From assembly GCA_963758525.1 (NCBI GenBank), contig CAVWVQ010000003.1, positions 4,864,001 to 4,928,000 on the forward strand: 64,000 bases of DNA, given 5' to 3'. Positions 42,475 to 53,326 of the stretch are shown piece by piece. This DNA is from an uncultured Phycisphaerales bacterium (lineage in GTDB: Bacteria; Planctomycetota; Phycisphaerae; Tepidisphaerales; Tepidisphaeraceae). The notes beneath the pieces are model-generated. The model worked only from the letters and a program-made list of their open reading frames with translations. It was not told where the DNA came from and ran no database searches. A program made the translations under genes and the position numbers. Position 1 is the stretch's first letter. Each line of letters starts with the position of its first letter.

Positions 42475-45400
42475 ATGGCTATTCGTGTTGCCCTGAATCA
42501 TAAGACCAGCTACCGCTATCCAAAGGACGTGTGGCTTTCGCCGCAGGTGGTCCGCCTGCGGCCGGCCCCGCATTGCCGCACGCCCATCGTGAGTTATTCG
42601 CTCACGGTCAAGCCGGAAGAATATTTCATCAATTGGCAACAGGATCCGTACAGCAACCGGCTGGCGCGGCTGGTGTTTCCAAAAAAGACGCGGGAGTTTT
42701 CCGTCGAGGTGGATCTCGTCGCGGAGCTGACGGTCATCAATCCGTTCGACTTCTTCGTCGAGAAGTCGGCCGACCAATACCCATTCGCGTATGACGCAAC
42801 GCTGTCGCGGGAGCTGGCGCCGTATCTGGAAACGACGCCCGCCGGACCGAAGCTCGCGGCACTGATTGCCAAATATCGCAAAAGCAACGTCACGACGATC
42901 AACTATCTCGTCGAGCTCAATCAGAGTCTGAGCAATGATGTGAAATACCTGATCCGGCTGGAGCCCGGGATGCAGACTCCGGAGCAGACGCTGACGCTTG
43001 CCAGCGGTTCCTGCCGTGACAGCGCCTGGCTCCTCGTGCAACTGATGCGCCACCTGGGTCTGGCCGCACGATTCGCATCGGGCTATCTGATTCAGCTTGC
43101 GCCGGACGTCAAATCCCTCGAGGGCCCCAGCGGCGCGTCGAAAGACTTCACCGATCTGCACGCCTGGGCTGAAGTCTATCTGCCGGGCGCGGGATGGATC
43201 GGACTGGACGCGACTTCCGGCTTGCTCGCCGGCGAGGGGCACATTCCGCTGGCTTGCACTGCGGACCCATTGACCGCGGCCCCCATCACGGGCGCGTTCT
43301 CCGTCAGCGACGTGACCGTCACGAGCATCGATCCGCAGGACGAACTGTCCGGCGGCGGCGAGGCTGTCTTCGGCTTCGAGATGAGCGTCACGCGGATTCA
43401 CGAAGACCCGCGCGTGACCAAGCCGTATACCGAAGAGCAATGGGCGGAGATTGACGCAGTCGGCCAGCAGTTGGATGCCGACATGGCACGCGGCGACGTG
43501 CGCTTGACGACGGGGGGCGAGCCGACATTTGTGTCGGTCGACAACATGGACCTCCCCGAATGGAACAGCCTGGCGCTGGGGCCGATGAAGTATCGGCGCG
43601 CCGATGAGTTGCTCCGCCGATTGCGCGATCGCTTTGCGCCCGGCGGATTGCTCCATCACGGGCAGGGCAAGTGGTATCCCGGCGAGTCATTGCCGCGATG
43701 GGCGTTTGGGCTGTATTGGCGCAGGGATGGGGAGCCGATCTGGACAAACCCGGCTCTTGTGGCAGACGAGACCAAGCCCGTTCGCTTTGCCGAAGACGCT
43801 CCGCACGGCTTTGTCACGCGCCTCGCAGAGCGGCTTGGCGTCGAGCCTCGCTTCGCCGTGGCCGGATATGAAGATGTCTGGTATTACCTCTGGAAAGAGC
43901 GCCGGTTGCCGGTCAACGTCGATCCGTTTGACAACAAGCTCGATAATCCCGAAGACCGCGCTCGGTTGGCAAAGGTCTTCGAGCAGGGGCTCGACAAGAT
44001 CGTCGGCTACGCGCTGCCGTTGCGGCGCGATCACTTCGTCGATGGCTCCGGTGTCTGGGTGAGCGGCGACTGGTTCTACCGCCCGGAGCGCATGTATCTG
44101 GTGCCTGGCGATTCACCGATGGGGTATCGCCTTCCGCTCGATTCGCTGCCGTGGGTGGTGAAGACGGATTATCCGTTCGTGCATGAGATGGATCCGTTCG
44201 CGCCGCGCGAGGGTCTGCCGCAGCGCGCCGTTTTGCTGGGCCAGCGGTTTGTAGCCGGCGGTCAGTCGCCGCGAAATCCGCAGGGTTTTGTAGAGCAATC
44301 GCCCGGTGCGCCGGGAACACCGACCACAGGCAAGCTCGGGCCGCGCAAACCTCTGGGCCCGCCCGACCCGCGATACTCGGCTGGTCCGCACGAAGGGCCG
44401 CCGGAGCACCTGGAATCGGCGCCATGGATCGTGCGCACCGCGTTGTGTGTGGAAGTACGCAACGGCACGATGCGCGTCTTCATGCCGCCGCAGCGTTTTC
44501 TCGAAGACTATCTCGAACTGATTGCGACCATCGAAGAAACCGCCGCGGATTTGAAGATTCCCGTTCTCATCGAGGGATACACGCCGCCGTATGACCCGCG
44601 TCTGCATACTTTGAAAGTCACGCCCGATCCCGGCGTCATTGAAGTCAACACCGACCCGGTCGGCACCTGGGACGAGCTGGTCGAAAATACCAACGCCATC
44701 TATGAAGAGGCTCGTCTCACTCGTCTGGGCGCCGAGAAGTTCATGGTGGACGGCCGGCATACCGGAACCGGCGGCGGAAATCACATCGTTGTCGGCGCCG
44801 CCACCCCGGCCGACTCACCATTCCTGCGACGGCCTGATCTGCTCAAGAGTCTGCTGGGATACTGGAACAATCACCCGGCACTGTCTTACCTGTTCAGCGG
44901 GCTGTTCATCGGCCCCACCAGCCAGGCTCCGCGCGTCGATGAGGCGCGCGCGGACCAGGTTGCCGAGCTTGAAGTCGCGTTTTCGCAGGTGCCGCAGCAC
45001 GGCGCGACGGCCCCCTGGCTGGTCGACCGCATCTTTCGCAACCTCCTGATCGACACCACCGGCAACACCCATCGCGCCGAATTCTGCATCGATAAGCTCT
45101 ACAACCCCGACTCTGCGACCGGCCGGCTCGGTCTGCTCGAACTGCGCGCTTTTGAGATGATGCCGCATCCGCGCATGAACCTGGTGCAGCATCTGCTGCT
45201 CCGGTCTCTGATCGCGCGCTTCTGGCGCGAGCCGTATGAGCAGCAACTGGTTCGGTGGGGCACGCAGATTCACGACCGCTTCATGCTGCCGCATTTTGTT
45301 CGCCAGGATCTTGAAGACATCATCATCGAGCAAAACGCCGCGGGCATTCCGATGAGCCTCGAATGGTTCGAGCCTCACCTGGAATTCCGCTTCCCGCACT

Positions 45401-45930
45401 GGGGCCAGATCGAACATCGCGGCGTTGTGATGGAGCTGCGCCAGGCGATCGAGCCGTGGCATGTCCTGGGCGAAGAGGGAAGCGCCGGCGGCACGGTTCG
45501 TTTTGTCGATTCCTCGCTCGAGCGCCTGCAGGTGCTGGTCAACGGGATGATCGACTCGCGTCACGTGATTACCTGCAACGGGGTGAAGGTGCCGCTGCAC
45601 CCGACGGGAACGAACGGCCAAGCCGTCGCCGGCGTCAGATTCCGCGCCTGGCAGCCCGCGCACTGCCTGCAGCCGACCATCGGCGTGCATAGCCCGCTGG
45701 TTTTCGATATCGTTGACACCTGGGCGCAGCGCTCCATCGGCGGATGCACGTATCACGTCATGCACCCTGGCGGGCGAAGCTACGAGAACTTCCCGGTCAA
45801 TTCGTATGAAGCCGAGGGAAGGCGCATCGCGCGATTCTTCAAGTTCGGCCACACGCCCGGACCGATGCGCATCGTCGAACTGCCCGTCACGCGCGAGATG
45901 CCGCTTACGCTGGACCTGCGGCGAGAGTGA
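42475..45930 (+). CDS. Transglutaminase-like domain fused to DUF2126 putative amidoligase
   Basis: GSCRD, DLHAWAEV, WIGLDAT triad; GGEPTF, TPDPGVIEVN, TGTGGGNH, ELRAFE. Confidence 0.88.
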   Translation: MAIRVALNHKTSYRYPKDVWLSPQVVRLRPAPHCRTPIVSYSLTVKPEEYFINWQQDPYSNRLARLVFPKKTREFSVEVDLVAELTVINPFDFFVEKSADQYPFAYDATLSRELAPYLETTPAGPKLAALIAKYRKSNVTTINYLVELNQSLSNDVKYLIRLEPGMQTPEQTLTLASGSCRDSAWLLVQLMRHLGLAARFASGYLIQLAPDVKSLEGPSGASKDFTDLHAWAEVYLPGAGWIGLDATSGLLAGEGHIPLACTADPLTAAPITGAFSVSDVTVTSIDPQDELSGGGEAVFGFEMSVTRIHEDPRVTKPYTEEQWAEIDAVGQQLDADMARGDVRLTTGGEPTFVSVDNMDLPEWNSLALGPMKYRRADELLRRLRDRFAPGGLLHHGQGKWYPGESLPRWAFGLYWRRDGEPIWTNPALVADETKPVRFAEDAPHGFVTRLAERLGVEPRFAVAGYEDVWYYLWKERRLPVNVDPFDNKLDNPEDRARLAKVFEQGLDKIVGYALPLRRDHFVDGSGVWVSGDWFYRPERMYLVPGDSPMGYRLPLDSLPWVVKTDYPFVHEMDPFAPREGLPQRAVLLGQRFVAGGQSPRNPQGFVEQSPGAPGTPTTGKLGPRKPLGPPDPRYSAGPHEGPPEHLESAPWIVRTALCVEVRNGTMRVFMPPQRFLEDYLELIATIEETAADLKIPVLIEGYTPPYDPRLHTLKVTPDPGVIEVNTDPVGTWDELVENTNAIYEEARLTRLGAEKFMVDGRHTGTGGGNHIVVGAATPADSPFLRRPDLLKSLLGYWNNHPALSYLFSGLFIGPTSQAPRVDEARADQVAELEVAFSQVPQHGATAPWLVDRIFRNLLIDTTGNTHRAEFCIDKLYNPDSATGRLGLLELRAFEMMPHPRMNLVQHLLLRSLIARFWREPYEQQLVRWGTQIHDRFMLPHFVRQDLEDIIIEQNAAGIPMSLEWFEPHLEFRFPHWGQIEHRGVVMELRQAIEPWHVLGEEGSAGGTVRFVDSSLERLQVLVNGMIDSRHVITCNGVKVPLHPTGTNGQAVAGVRFRAWQPAHCLQPTIGVHSPLVFDIVDTWAQRSIGGCTYHVMHPGGRSYENFPVNSYEAEGRRIARFFKFGHTPGPMRIVELPVTREMPLTLDLRRE

Positions 45931-46125
45931 AGAACGCCGCGCGGAGCCGGGTTGCTCGCCTCCGCGGTCACGCGCGAAACTTTTCCCCTCCCCTGGAACT
46001 CCGGTGGAGGGTTAGGGTGCGGGCCGGATCGGGAGTCGCCGCTGCATGCGCTTCGTGGATACTATGATGATGGGCACTCGCGGAAGCCGAACCTGTGAAA
46101 CTCCGCCAGGCATCGATTGCGGCAA

Positions 46126-48656
46126 ATGACCACTTCGTCTGCTTCCAATTCCGTGGCCCATACGCGCGGCTTTGCCGACGAATATGCGTCGTTCTCCCCG
46201 GTCTGCGATGAGATGATCGAGAACGACGGCGCCCTGCGACCGCACTGGGGGATGATGGTCAGCATGCTCGACGACCTGGGCGCGAGGAGTTGATGCGCCG
46301 CTGGGAGCAGGCTCGCCGGCTGATCCGCGAAAACGGAATCACGCATAATGTTTACGGCGATCCGAAAGGCCAGGACCGGCCGTGGAGCCTCGACTTGGTT
46401 CCGCTGCTGCTCGCAGCCGACGAGTGGAGGCGCGTCGGTGACGCGCTCGTCCAGCGCGCCCGCCTTCTGGACCTGTTGCTGGCCGATCTCTATGGCCCGT
46501 TGACCTGCGTCGCCGAGGGGCTTCTTCCCCCCGAACTCATCTACGCCAACCCCGGATTTCTTCGCCCCTGCCACGGCATCACGCCGCCGCGCGGGCAATG
46601 GCTCCACCTTTACGGCGCCGATCTGATCCGCTGCGCCGACGGCCGGTTGCGCGTCTTCACCGATCGCACGCAGGCGCCCTCCGGCGCGGGCTACACGCTG
46701 GAAAACCGCATCGTGCTGTCGCGCGTGCTTCCCAATGTCTTTCGCCAATGCAACGTTCTGCGGCTGGCGCCGTTTTTCATCGCCCTGCGACGCACGCTGG
46801 CATCGCTCGCCCCGGCCAACCGCGAAAATCCGCGCGTGGTGCTCCTGACGCCCGGGCCGTACAACGAAACCTACTTTGAGCACGTCTATCTCGCCCGTTA
46901 CCTCGGCTACGCCCTGGTGCAGGGGAACGATCTGACCGTGCGCGACGGTCTGGTCTATCTCAAAACGCTCGGCGGTCTGCAGCGGATCGACGTGATTCTC
47001 CGCCGGGTCGATGACGATTTCTGCGATCCGCTCGAGCTTTACTCGCGATCGTTCCTTGGGGTTCCCGGTCTCATCGAGGCGGTGCGCGAGGGGCACGTCG
47101 CGATTGCCAACGCGCTGGGGAGCGGCGTTTTGCGCGCTCCGGTCTTCCTCCCGTTTCTTCCCGGCATCTGCAAGCACCTGCTCGGCGAAGAACTGCTGAT
47201 ACCGTCCGTGGAAACCTGGTGGTGCGGCGATCCGAACTCGCTGCAATATGTTCTGGACAATCTCCCGCGGCTGGTCATCAAGCCTGCCTACCCCAGCCAT
47301 AAGATGGACCTGCTCTTTGGCGAGGAGTTGTCCAAAGCCGCGCGCTTGGAGCTGGCTGACAAGATCAAAGCATGTCCGGGCGATTACATCGCGCAGGAAC
47401 ACATCGTTTCGTATACGACGCCGGTCCTGCAAAACCAGCAGATTCAGTCGCGCCGCTACGTGCTCCGCGCCTATCTCACGGCCGACAATGGTTCCTACGC
47501 GGTAATGCCCGGCGGCCTGACCCGCGTCACCGGATCGGACACCAGTCAGGTTGTTTCGCTGCAGCAGGGGGGCGGCACCAAAGACACGTGGATTCTCGCG
47601 GATCGCCCGGTCAGTGAGATCAGCCTTCTCACTCCTGCGTGGCAGCCCCTGGAAATCAGCCGCGATGACGCGGCGCTTCCCAGCCGCGTGGCGGACGATC
47701 TCTTCTGGCTTGGTCGCTACGTCGGGCGCGCCGAGGCGACCGTTCGCGCCGCCCGGTGCGTTTTCGGCCGAATTCTCGAGCAAAGCGATGAAGAAACCTC
47801 GCGCACGATTGCCGTCCTGGCGCGCCTGCTTCTGGGAACCGCCACGCCGCCGCTGGGCCCGGGCATCGAGCAGGCGCTGGCGCACGAGCTGTTTGACCCC
47901 AACGGCCCCGGACGCCTGCGGGTCACCATCAGCGACGTTCACCAGCTTGCCCGCGTTCTGCGCGACCGCATTTCCGCCGACGCGTGGCGCATTTTGCAAA
48001 ACATCGAACGCGACATGTCCGAGTCCGCGCCGGACACCGATCAGATTGCCGGGGCGCTGGAACTGCTCAATAAACTCGCCGCCGGTTTGCTTGCCTTCGG
48101 CGGCGTCGTCGCGGAGTCGATGACGCGCGGGCAGGCGTGGAGCTTCCTCGACATCGGTCAGCGCCTCGAGCGCGGCGTCTCCACCGCGCGTTTGCTCCGC
48201 GGCGTCCTGATTGACGTGTGGCCCGAAGAAAACGCACTGCTCGAAAGCGTTCTCGAGATCGCTGACAGTTCACTGACCTACCGGCGTCGCTATCTCACGC
48301 GAATGGAAGCCGCCGCCGCGGTCGATCTTCTGCTGGCTGACGAGACCAACCCGCGATCGATTGCATTTCAGGTGCAGGTGATCGAGGAACATCTCGGCAA
48401 GCTGCCCCGCGATTCGAACGACCCCAAGCGAAACCGCGATCGGCAGATCGCGCTCAAGCTGCGCACCATGCTGAAGCTGGCCGATATACCGGCCGCCTGT
48501 GAAAACATCAGCGGTCGTCGGCCCGGACTCGATAAAATCCTCGCCGAGACATTTGCCGACATGGCGTCCATCTCGCAGATCGTCAGTCAAACGTATTTCT
48601 CCCATGCCGCGGTGGCGCCGACGCTGTTGAGCGTCGGCCGGGAGCTGGGATCATGA
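46126..48656 (+). CDS. Circularly permuted type-2 ATP-grasp fused to alpha-E domain, frameshift near 46285
   Basis: DEM...RPHW N-terminus upstream of the listed ORF; DRTQAPSGAGY, LTPGPYNETYFEH, MPGGLTR, WLGRY, GQRLER, NPRS. Confidence 0.85.
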
Positions 48657-49549
48657 AATATCGCGTCACGCACACCACCGACTATCACTACGGCGAATCC
48701 GTCCCGCTCTCCCACAATCTCGTGCATCTGCGGCCGCGCGACACCAACCGGCAGATCTGTCACGTCAACAACATTGCGATCACGCCCGGCCCGGCGCTCC
48801 GCCGCGATCGCATCGACTTCTTCGGCAATCACATGAGCTGGTTCAGCGTGCAGGAGCCGCACGATGGCTTGCGCGTCGAGTCTCGCAGCGAGGTCGACGT
48901 CAGCGCGTTCGAGCAGCCGCTGCAGCTTCGCGCGATGGAATGGGAGCAGGCCGCCACCCTTCTGACCACGCGCCGCGACCCCGCCACGCTCGATGCCCGG
49001 CAGTTCACCTTTGACTCCGCCTACATCCCGCGCTCCAAGGAGCTCGCCGATTACGCGCGCCCCAGCTTTGGCAGCGGGCGATCGCTGCACGACGCCGTTC
49101 TCGAGCTTACCCAACGCATCTACCAGGAATTCAAGTTCCAGGCCGGCGCCACCACTGTCGGCACGCCGATCCTCGACGTGCTCCGCGATCGGCACGGCGT
49201 CTGCCAGGACTTCGCCCATCTCCAGATCGGCTGCCTTCGCTCGCTCGGGCTGGCCGCGCGTTACGTCAGCGGCTACCTCCTGACGCACCCCCCGGCCGGC
49301 GGCAGGCGCCTCGCCGGCGTCGACGCTTCCCACGCCTGGGTCTCCGTCTACTTCCCCGATTTCGGCTGGCTCGACCTCGATCCCACCAACGGCGTCATTC
49401 CCTCCCTCGAGCACGTCACCGTTGGCTGGGCCCGCGATTACGACGACATCAGCCCCGTGAAGGGCGTGATCGTCGGCGCCCGCACGCACGATCTGGATGT
49501 GTCGGTGACCGTGACTCCGCTCACGCTGCCGGGTGCCGCGGCGAATTGA
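48653..49549 (+). CDS. Transglutaminase family protein
   Basis: GVCQDFAH, RYVSGY, ASHAW, LDPTN; ATGA overlap with upstream gene. Confidence 0.9.
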   Translation: MKYRVTHTTDYHYGESVPLSHNLVHLRPRDTNRQICHVNNIAITPGPALRRDRIDFFGNHMSWFSVQEPHDGLRVESRSEVDVSAFEQPLQLRAMEWEQAATLLTTRRDPATLDARQFTFDSAYIPRSKELADYARPSFGSGRSLHDAVLELTQRIYQEFKFQAGATTVGTPILDVLRDRHGVCQDFAHLQIGCLRSLGLAARYVSGYLLTHPPAGGRRLAGVDASHAWVSVYFPDFGWLDLDPTNGVIPSLEHVTVGWARDYDDISPVKGVIVGARTHDLDVSVTVTPLTLPGAAAN

Positions 49550-49612
49550 ATCTTTGTCGTCGGTGCATGTGCGACGGCGCGCCGCTCAGTGCGCGGCATC
49601 GTTTCTGCATCC

Positions 49613-50076
49613 TCAATCCCGCTGATCCCGCACGTACTTCACCGAAGACTCAAAGTAATCTCGCTTCCACAGATACTTGCAACTGCCGCCCACTGCCCAC
49701 CACGGCCGGCCGCCGTATTTTTCGTTCAGCGCCCTGCTCGCGGCCGCCTTGATCGCCTCCCGAAGTTCTTCCGGATCCTTCGCGGCCGTCACCACAACAT
49801 GGACATGATCGCTTTGCGCAGCGACGGCGTGGATCTTCCATCGGAATTGCATGGCAACGTCGAGATTTGCCCGCTCGGTCAATTTCCGCTGCGCATCGTT
49901 GAGCCGTATTGAAGGAAACGCAGCCTGCTCCCTCATCCATCGCTCCAGGTCGGGATCCGTTGCGCAAGCGGGGCACCGTACTCGTTCCGATTCCGGTCGA
50001 CGTGGGGTCGTCGGGACCCGGGAGGGCGCGCCAGATAAACCCCAAACGTGATGTGAAACCCCTGGGGACAGACCAC
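49613..50076 (-). mobile_element. REP-associated tyrosine (Y1/HUH) transposase, IS200/RAYT-like, frameshift near 49962
   Basis: FHITFGVY N-terminus, HUH motif DHVHVVV, K...SR, WW..G, catalytic Y in KYVRDQ. Confidence 0.78.
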
Positions 50077-50123
50077 GATTTGAGCGTAACAAAGCTCTTG
50101 GCGCGCGTAAACTTCCCAACGCG

Positions 50124-50330
50124 GCGCAAGGAGTCCGGCGACGAGTCGCTCGGCTCCGCGCTGCCGCGACTCTGACGCCCCGGCGATCAACACAGCGTTT
50201 CCACAAGTTGACAGCTCCCGTGAACTTCGGAACTGCGCTACTCTGAGCGTATATGCAGTGCGATTACTCATCGGGGCGTGCGAGTCGCGCCAGCGCGGAG
50301 CCGAGCGACTTGTCGCCGGACTCCTTGCGC
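50124..50330. repeat. Long inverted repeat next to the RAYT gene (59-bp arms, 4 mismatches)
   Basis: 50124-50182 versus 50272-50330; each arm has an internal hairpin (GCGAC-TT-GTCGC in the right arm). Confidence 0.88.
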
Positions 50331-50406
50331 TCTCCGCCCCCATTGCTCCAGCAAGGGACGAAAATCCCCCTTCCCCCGCACTTCCCCTTGCGACTACAAG
50401 TATCCC

Positions 50407-51597
50407 ATGGCGCTGAGTGCAATAGTCTTCGACGTCGACGGCACCCTGATCGACACAAACCAGGCCCACGTTGAAGCCTGGATCAAGGCACTGAAGAAAC
50501 ACGGGTACGTGGTTGCCGCCGACCGAATTGCTGTCGAGGTTGGAAAGGGCGGAGACAAGCTCGTGCCGTCGGTCCTTGGCGAGGAAATCGAGCGCCGCGA
50601 CGGCAAGTCGCTTCGTGCGGCGCACACTGCCGAATTCACCAAGATCGCTGAATCAACGACCCTCAAGCCGTTTCCCGGCGTCGAGCCGCTTCTGGCGCAT
50701 CTTCGGCGGCGCGAACTGAAACTCGCCATCGCGACGTCGAGCAGCAAACAAGAACTGCACACGACCTGGCGCAGCGCTTGCGTCGACTGGTCCGACCGTT
50801 TCGACGTGATTGCGACTTCCGAGGACGCTTCGGAAAGCAAGCCCGCACCCGACATCCTCGCTGCCGCGATCCGGAAGTTGAAGCTGTCGCCGGCTCAATG
50901 CGTAATGATCGGCGACACGCCGTATGACGCCGACACCGCGCGGGACGCGGGCGCGGTCTGTCTTGGCGTAACCTGCGGTGGCATGAACGACGCGAAAACG
51001 CTCCGCGCCGGCGGCATGCGCGCGGTCTACCACAATCCGGCCGATATTGCCGTGCATCTCGATGAAGCTCTGCGCACCGCGTCGCCGGGAGCAGCCGTTC
51101 TCACGCAGGATCGGATCGAAGCGCTGATGCGCGAAGCGTTGGCGGTGGCGCGGGAGGGCCTGGAAAAAGGGGAAGTGCCGATCGGCTGTGTCATCGCGCG
51201 CGGCGACGGCAGCATCATCGCGCGAGGGCACAACGAGCTGAACGCGTCGCAGATCAAAACGGCGCATGCGGAGATGGTCGCGTTCAGCCGGACGGCGGGA
51301 AAAATTCCCGCCGACGCAACGGATCTGATTCTGGTATCGACGCTGGAGCCTTGTGTCATGTGCCTCGGCGCCGCAATGGAAGCGGCCGTCGATACGATTC
51401 TCTACGCCGTGGATGCTCCCGCCGACGGGGGGCGCCAGAGGGTTCGGCCGCCGGCGAGTCCTGAAAGTCAGATGCCGCGAATTCTGGGAAATCTGCTCGC
51501 CGCCGAATCGCGGCGCTTGTTCAAGGAATTTTTGGAAGGCAGTTCTTCCAATGCAGCGCAGAAGGCGTTTGTCCGCCAACTGCTGGCCTCGACTTGA
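50407..51597 (+). CDS. Fusion of HAD-superfamily phosphatase and Zn-dependent nucleoside/nucleotide deaminase
   Basis: FDVDGT, ATSS, SKPAPD, GDTPYD; then EVPIG, TAHAE, TLEPCVMC in one frame. Confidence 0.85.
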   Translation: MALSAIVFDVDGTLIDTNQAHVEAWIKALKKHGYVVAADRIAVEVGKGGDKLVPSVLGEEIERRDGKSLRAAHTAEFTKIAESTTLKPFPGVEPLLAHLRRRELKLAIATSSSKQELHTTWRSACVDWSDRFDVIATSEDASESKPAPDILAAAIRKLKLSPAQCVMIGDTPYDADTARDAGAVCLGVTCGGMNDAKTLRAGGMRAVYHNPADIAVHLDEALRTASPGAAVLTQDRIEALMREALAVAREGLEKGEVPIGCVIARGDGSIIARGHNELNASQIKTAHAEMVAFSRTAGKIPADATDLILVSTLEPCVMCLGAAMEAAVDTILYAVDAPADGGRQRVRPPASPESQMPRILGNLLAAESRRLFKEFLEGSSSNAAQKAFVRQLLAST

Positions 51598-51813
51598 GAC
51601 ATTACACTTGCGGGAAGTGCAAACATGGCAACGGAAAACCATCGAATTTCCAACTGCACTGAGGAACGCCGATGCCAGAAACCCAATCACCCGACGCGAT
51701 CGCATGTGCGGCACCGGATCGCGCCCGCAAACCCGGGGTTTCTGGCCCGCCTGGGTTCGGGCCTCATCATCGAGAGGTAGCGATGTAGACGCTGAAGTAC
51801 ATTCACTGGGAAG

Positions 51814-53094
51814 ATGGAGATATCTTCCTCGGCTATCTTGGATCAATTTGCAGATCTAGCGATCATCGGCGGCGGGGCGGCGGGGCTGGCGTCGGCGATT
51901 TTTGCCGCGCAAACAGCGCTGCCGGGGCATCGCATCGTCGTGTTGGATGGCGCCCGGACGCTGGGCGCGAAGATCCTGGTGTCCGGCGGCGGCCGCTGCA
52001 ACGTGACGCATAAGCAAGTCGCGCCCGCCGATTTCAACGGGTCGCAAAAGATCATCCGCAACATCCTTGCCGCCTTCGATGCCAAAGCGACGGTCGATTG
52101 GTTTGCATCGCTCGGCGTGGAACTGAAGCTGGAATCCACCGGCAAGCTCTTTCCCGCGGCCAATTCCGCGCGGGCCGTGCTGAACGCGCTGCTCCACCGT
52201 TGCCACGAATTGGCAGTCAGCCTGCAGACTGAAAGTCGCGTGACGCAGATTGTCGCGCCGACAGCCGAAAACGACTTCTTCGTCATCACCCACTCCAAAG
52301 GCACGCTTCAGAGCCGTCGCGCGATCTTCTGCGCCGGCGGCCAATCGCTCCCGCTCACTGGGAGCGACGGGTCGGGCTATCAATTGCTCCGGCAACTGGG
52401 CCATCATGTCACTCCGACTTACGCGGCTTTGGTTCCTTTGGTGCTCGCGCCGCAGATGTTTCACGCCTCGCTTGCCGGCATCGCGCTGGAAGTCGAGCTG
52501 TCCACATTCATCGCCGGCAAACGCGTCGATCATCGCACCGGCAGCTTGCTGTGGACTCACTTCGGGATCAGCGGCCCCGTGGTGATGGACGCTAGCCGCC
52601 ATTGGACCATCGCTCACGAAAGCGGCCTTGCGCCGGTGATGAAATGCAATTTGCTGCCGGGCGAGTCGTTCGAAGAGGTCGAACGCTGGCTGATCGAGTC
52701 AGCCAATGCCCGGCCGAAGGCTTCGATTGCGACGCATGTCGCCACACGACTTCCCGAACGCGTCGCCACGGCGTTGCTGCGAGATTGCGCAATTGATGCG
52801 GGAACAGCCGCCGGACATCTGCCCCGCGAGGCACGAAGACTCCTCGTGCACGCGCTCACCGGCCTCACGCTTCCGATCGTGCGCCATCGCGGGTGGAACT
52901 ACGCGGAAGTCACCGCCGGCGGCGTGCCGCTCGACGAGATCGACTTTCGCACGATGCAATCGCGAAAAGTTCCCGGACTATATCTCGCCGGCGAGGTTCT
53001 GGACTGCGACGGTCGAATCGGCGGCTTCAACTTTCAATGGGCATGGGCCACCGGATACCTCGCCGGCAGAGCCGCAGTCGCGAAATTGCAATGA
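51814..53094 (+). CDS. HI0933/YhiN/BaiN-family flavoprotein oxidoreductase
   Basis: GGGAAG, KILVSGGGRCNVT, GSDGSGY, THFGISGP, VTAGGV, GGFNFQWAW. Confidence 0.9.
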   Translation: MEISSSAILDQFADLAIIGGGAAGLASAIFAAQTALPGHRIVVLDGARTLGAKILVSGGGRCNVTHKQVAPADFNGSQKIIRNILAAFDAKATVDWFASLGVELKLESTGKLFPAANSARAVLNALLHRCHELAVSLQTESRVTQIVAPTAENDFFVITHSKGTLQSRRAIFCAGGQSLPLTGSDGSGYQLLRQLGHHVTPTYAALVPLVLAPQMFHASLAGIALEVELSTFIAGKRVDHRTGSLLWTHFGISGPVVMDASRHWTIAHESGLAPVMKCNLLPGESFEEVERWLIESANARPKASIATHVATRLPERVATALLRDCAIDAGTAAGHLPREARRLLVHALTGLTLPIVRHRGWNYAEVTAGGVPLDEIDFRTMQSRKVPGLYLAGEVLDCDGRIGGFNFQWAWATGYLAGRAAVAKLQ

Positions 53095-53197
53095 ATGCAA
53101 TCATTTTTTCTGCTCAAGTCCGCTTGTAGTGAGGGAAAAGTTGGGTTAAGATGCCCCATTCCCCGTCGGGTCCCGGCGGAACGAGAGGATTTAGACC

Positions 53198-53311
53198 ATG
53201 AAGGTGCGCAGCAGCGTCAGGCGGATCTGCGAAAATTGCAAGATCGTCCGCCGAAAGGGAATCGTGCGGGTAATCTGCACGAACACGAAACACAAGCAGA
53301 AACAAGGCTAA
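53198..53311 (+). CDS. rpmJ: 50S ribosomal protein L36 (Zn-ribbon form)
   Basis: Not in ORF track: [37 protein letters not shown]. Confidence 0.97.
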   Translation: MKVRSSVRRICENCKIVRRKGIVRVICTNTKHKQKQG

Positions 53312-53326
53312 TCTGGAGCCCATCCT

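Noticed and set aside
46062..47999. Long antisense ORFs (645 aa here; also 54361-56040, 42439-43659, 16192-17346)
   Set aside because: Shadow frames of conserved genes caused by GC-rich codon bias
51625..51780. 51-aa ORF between the deaminase fusion and the flavoprotein
   Set aside because: No recognisable features; likely spurious
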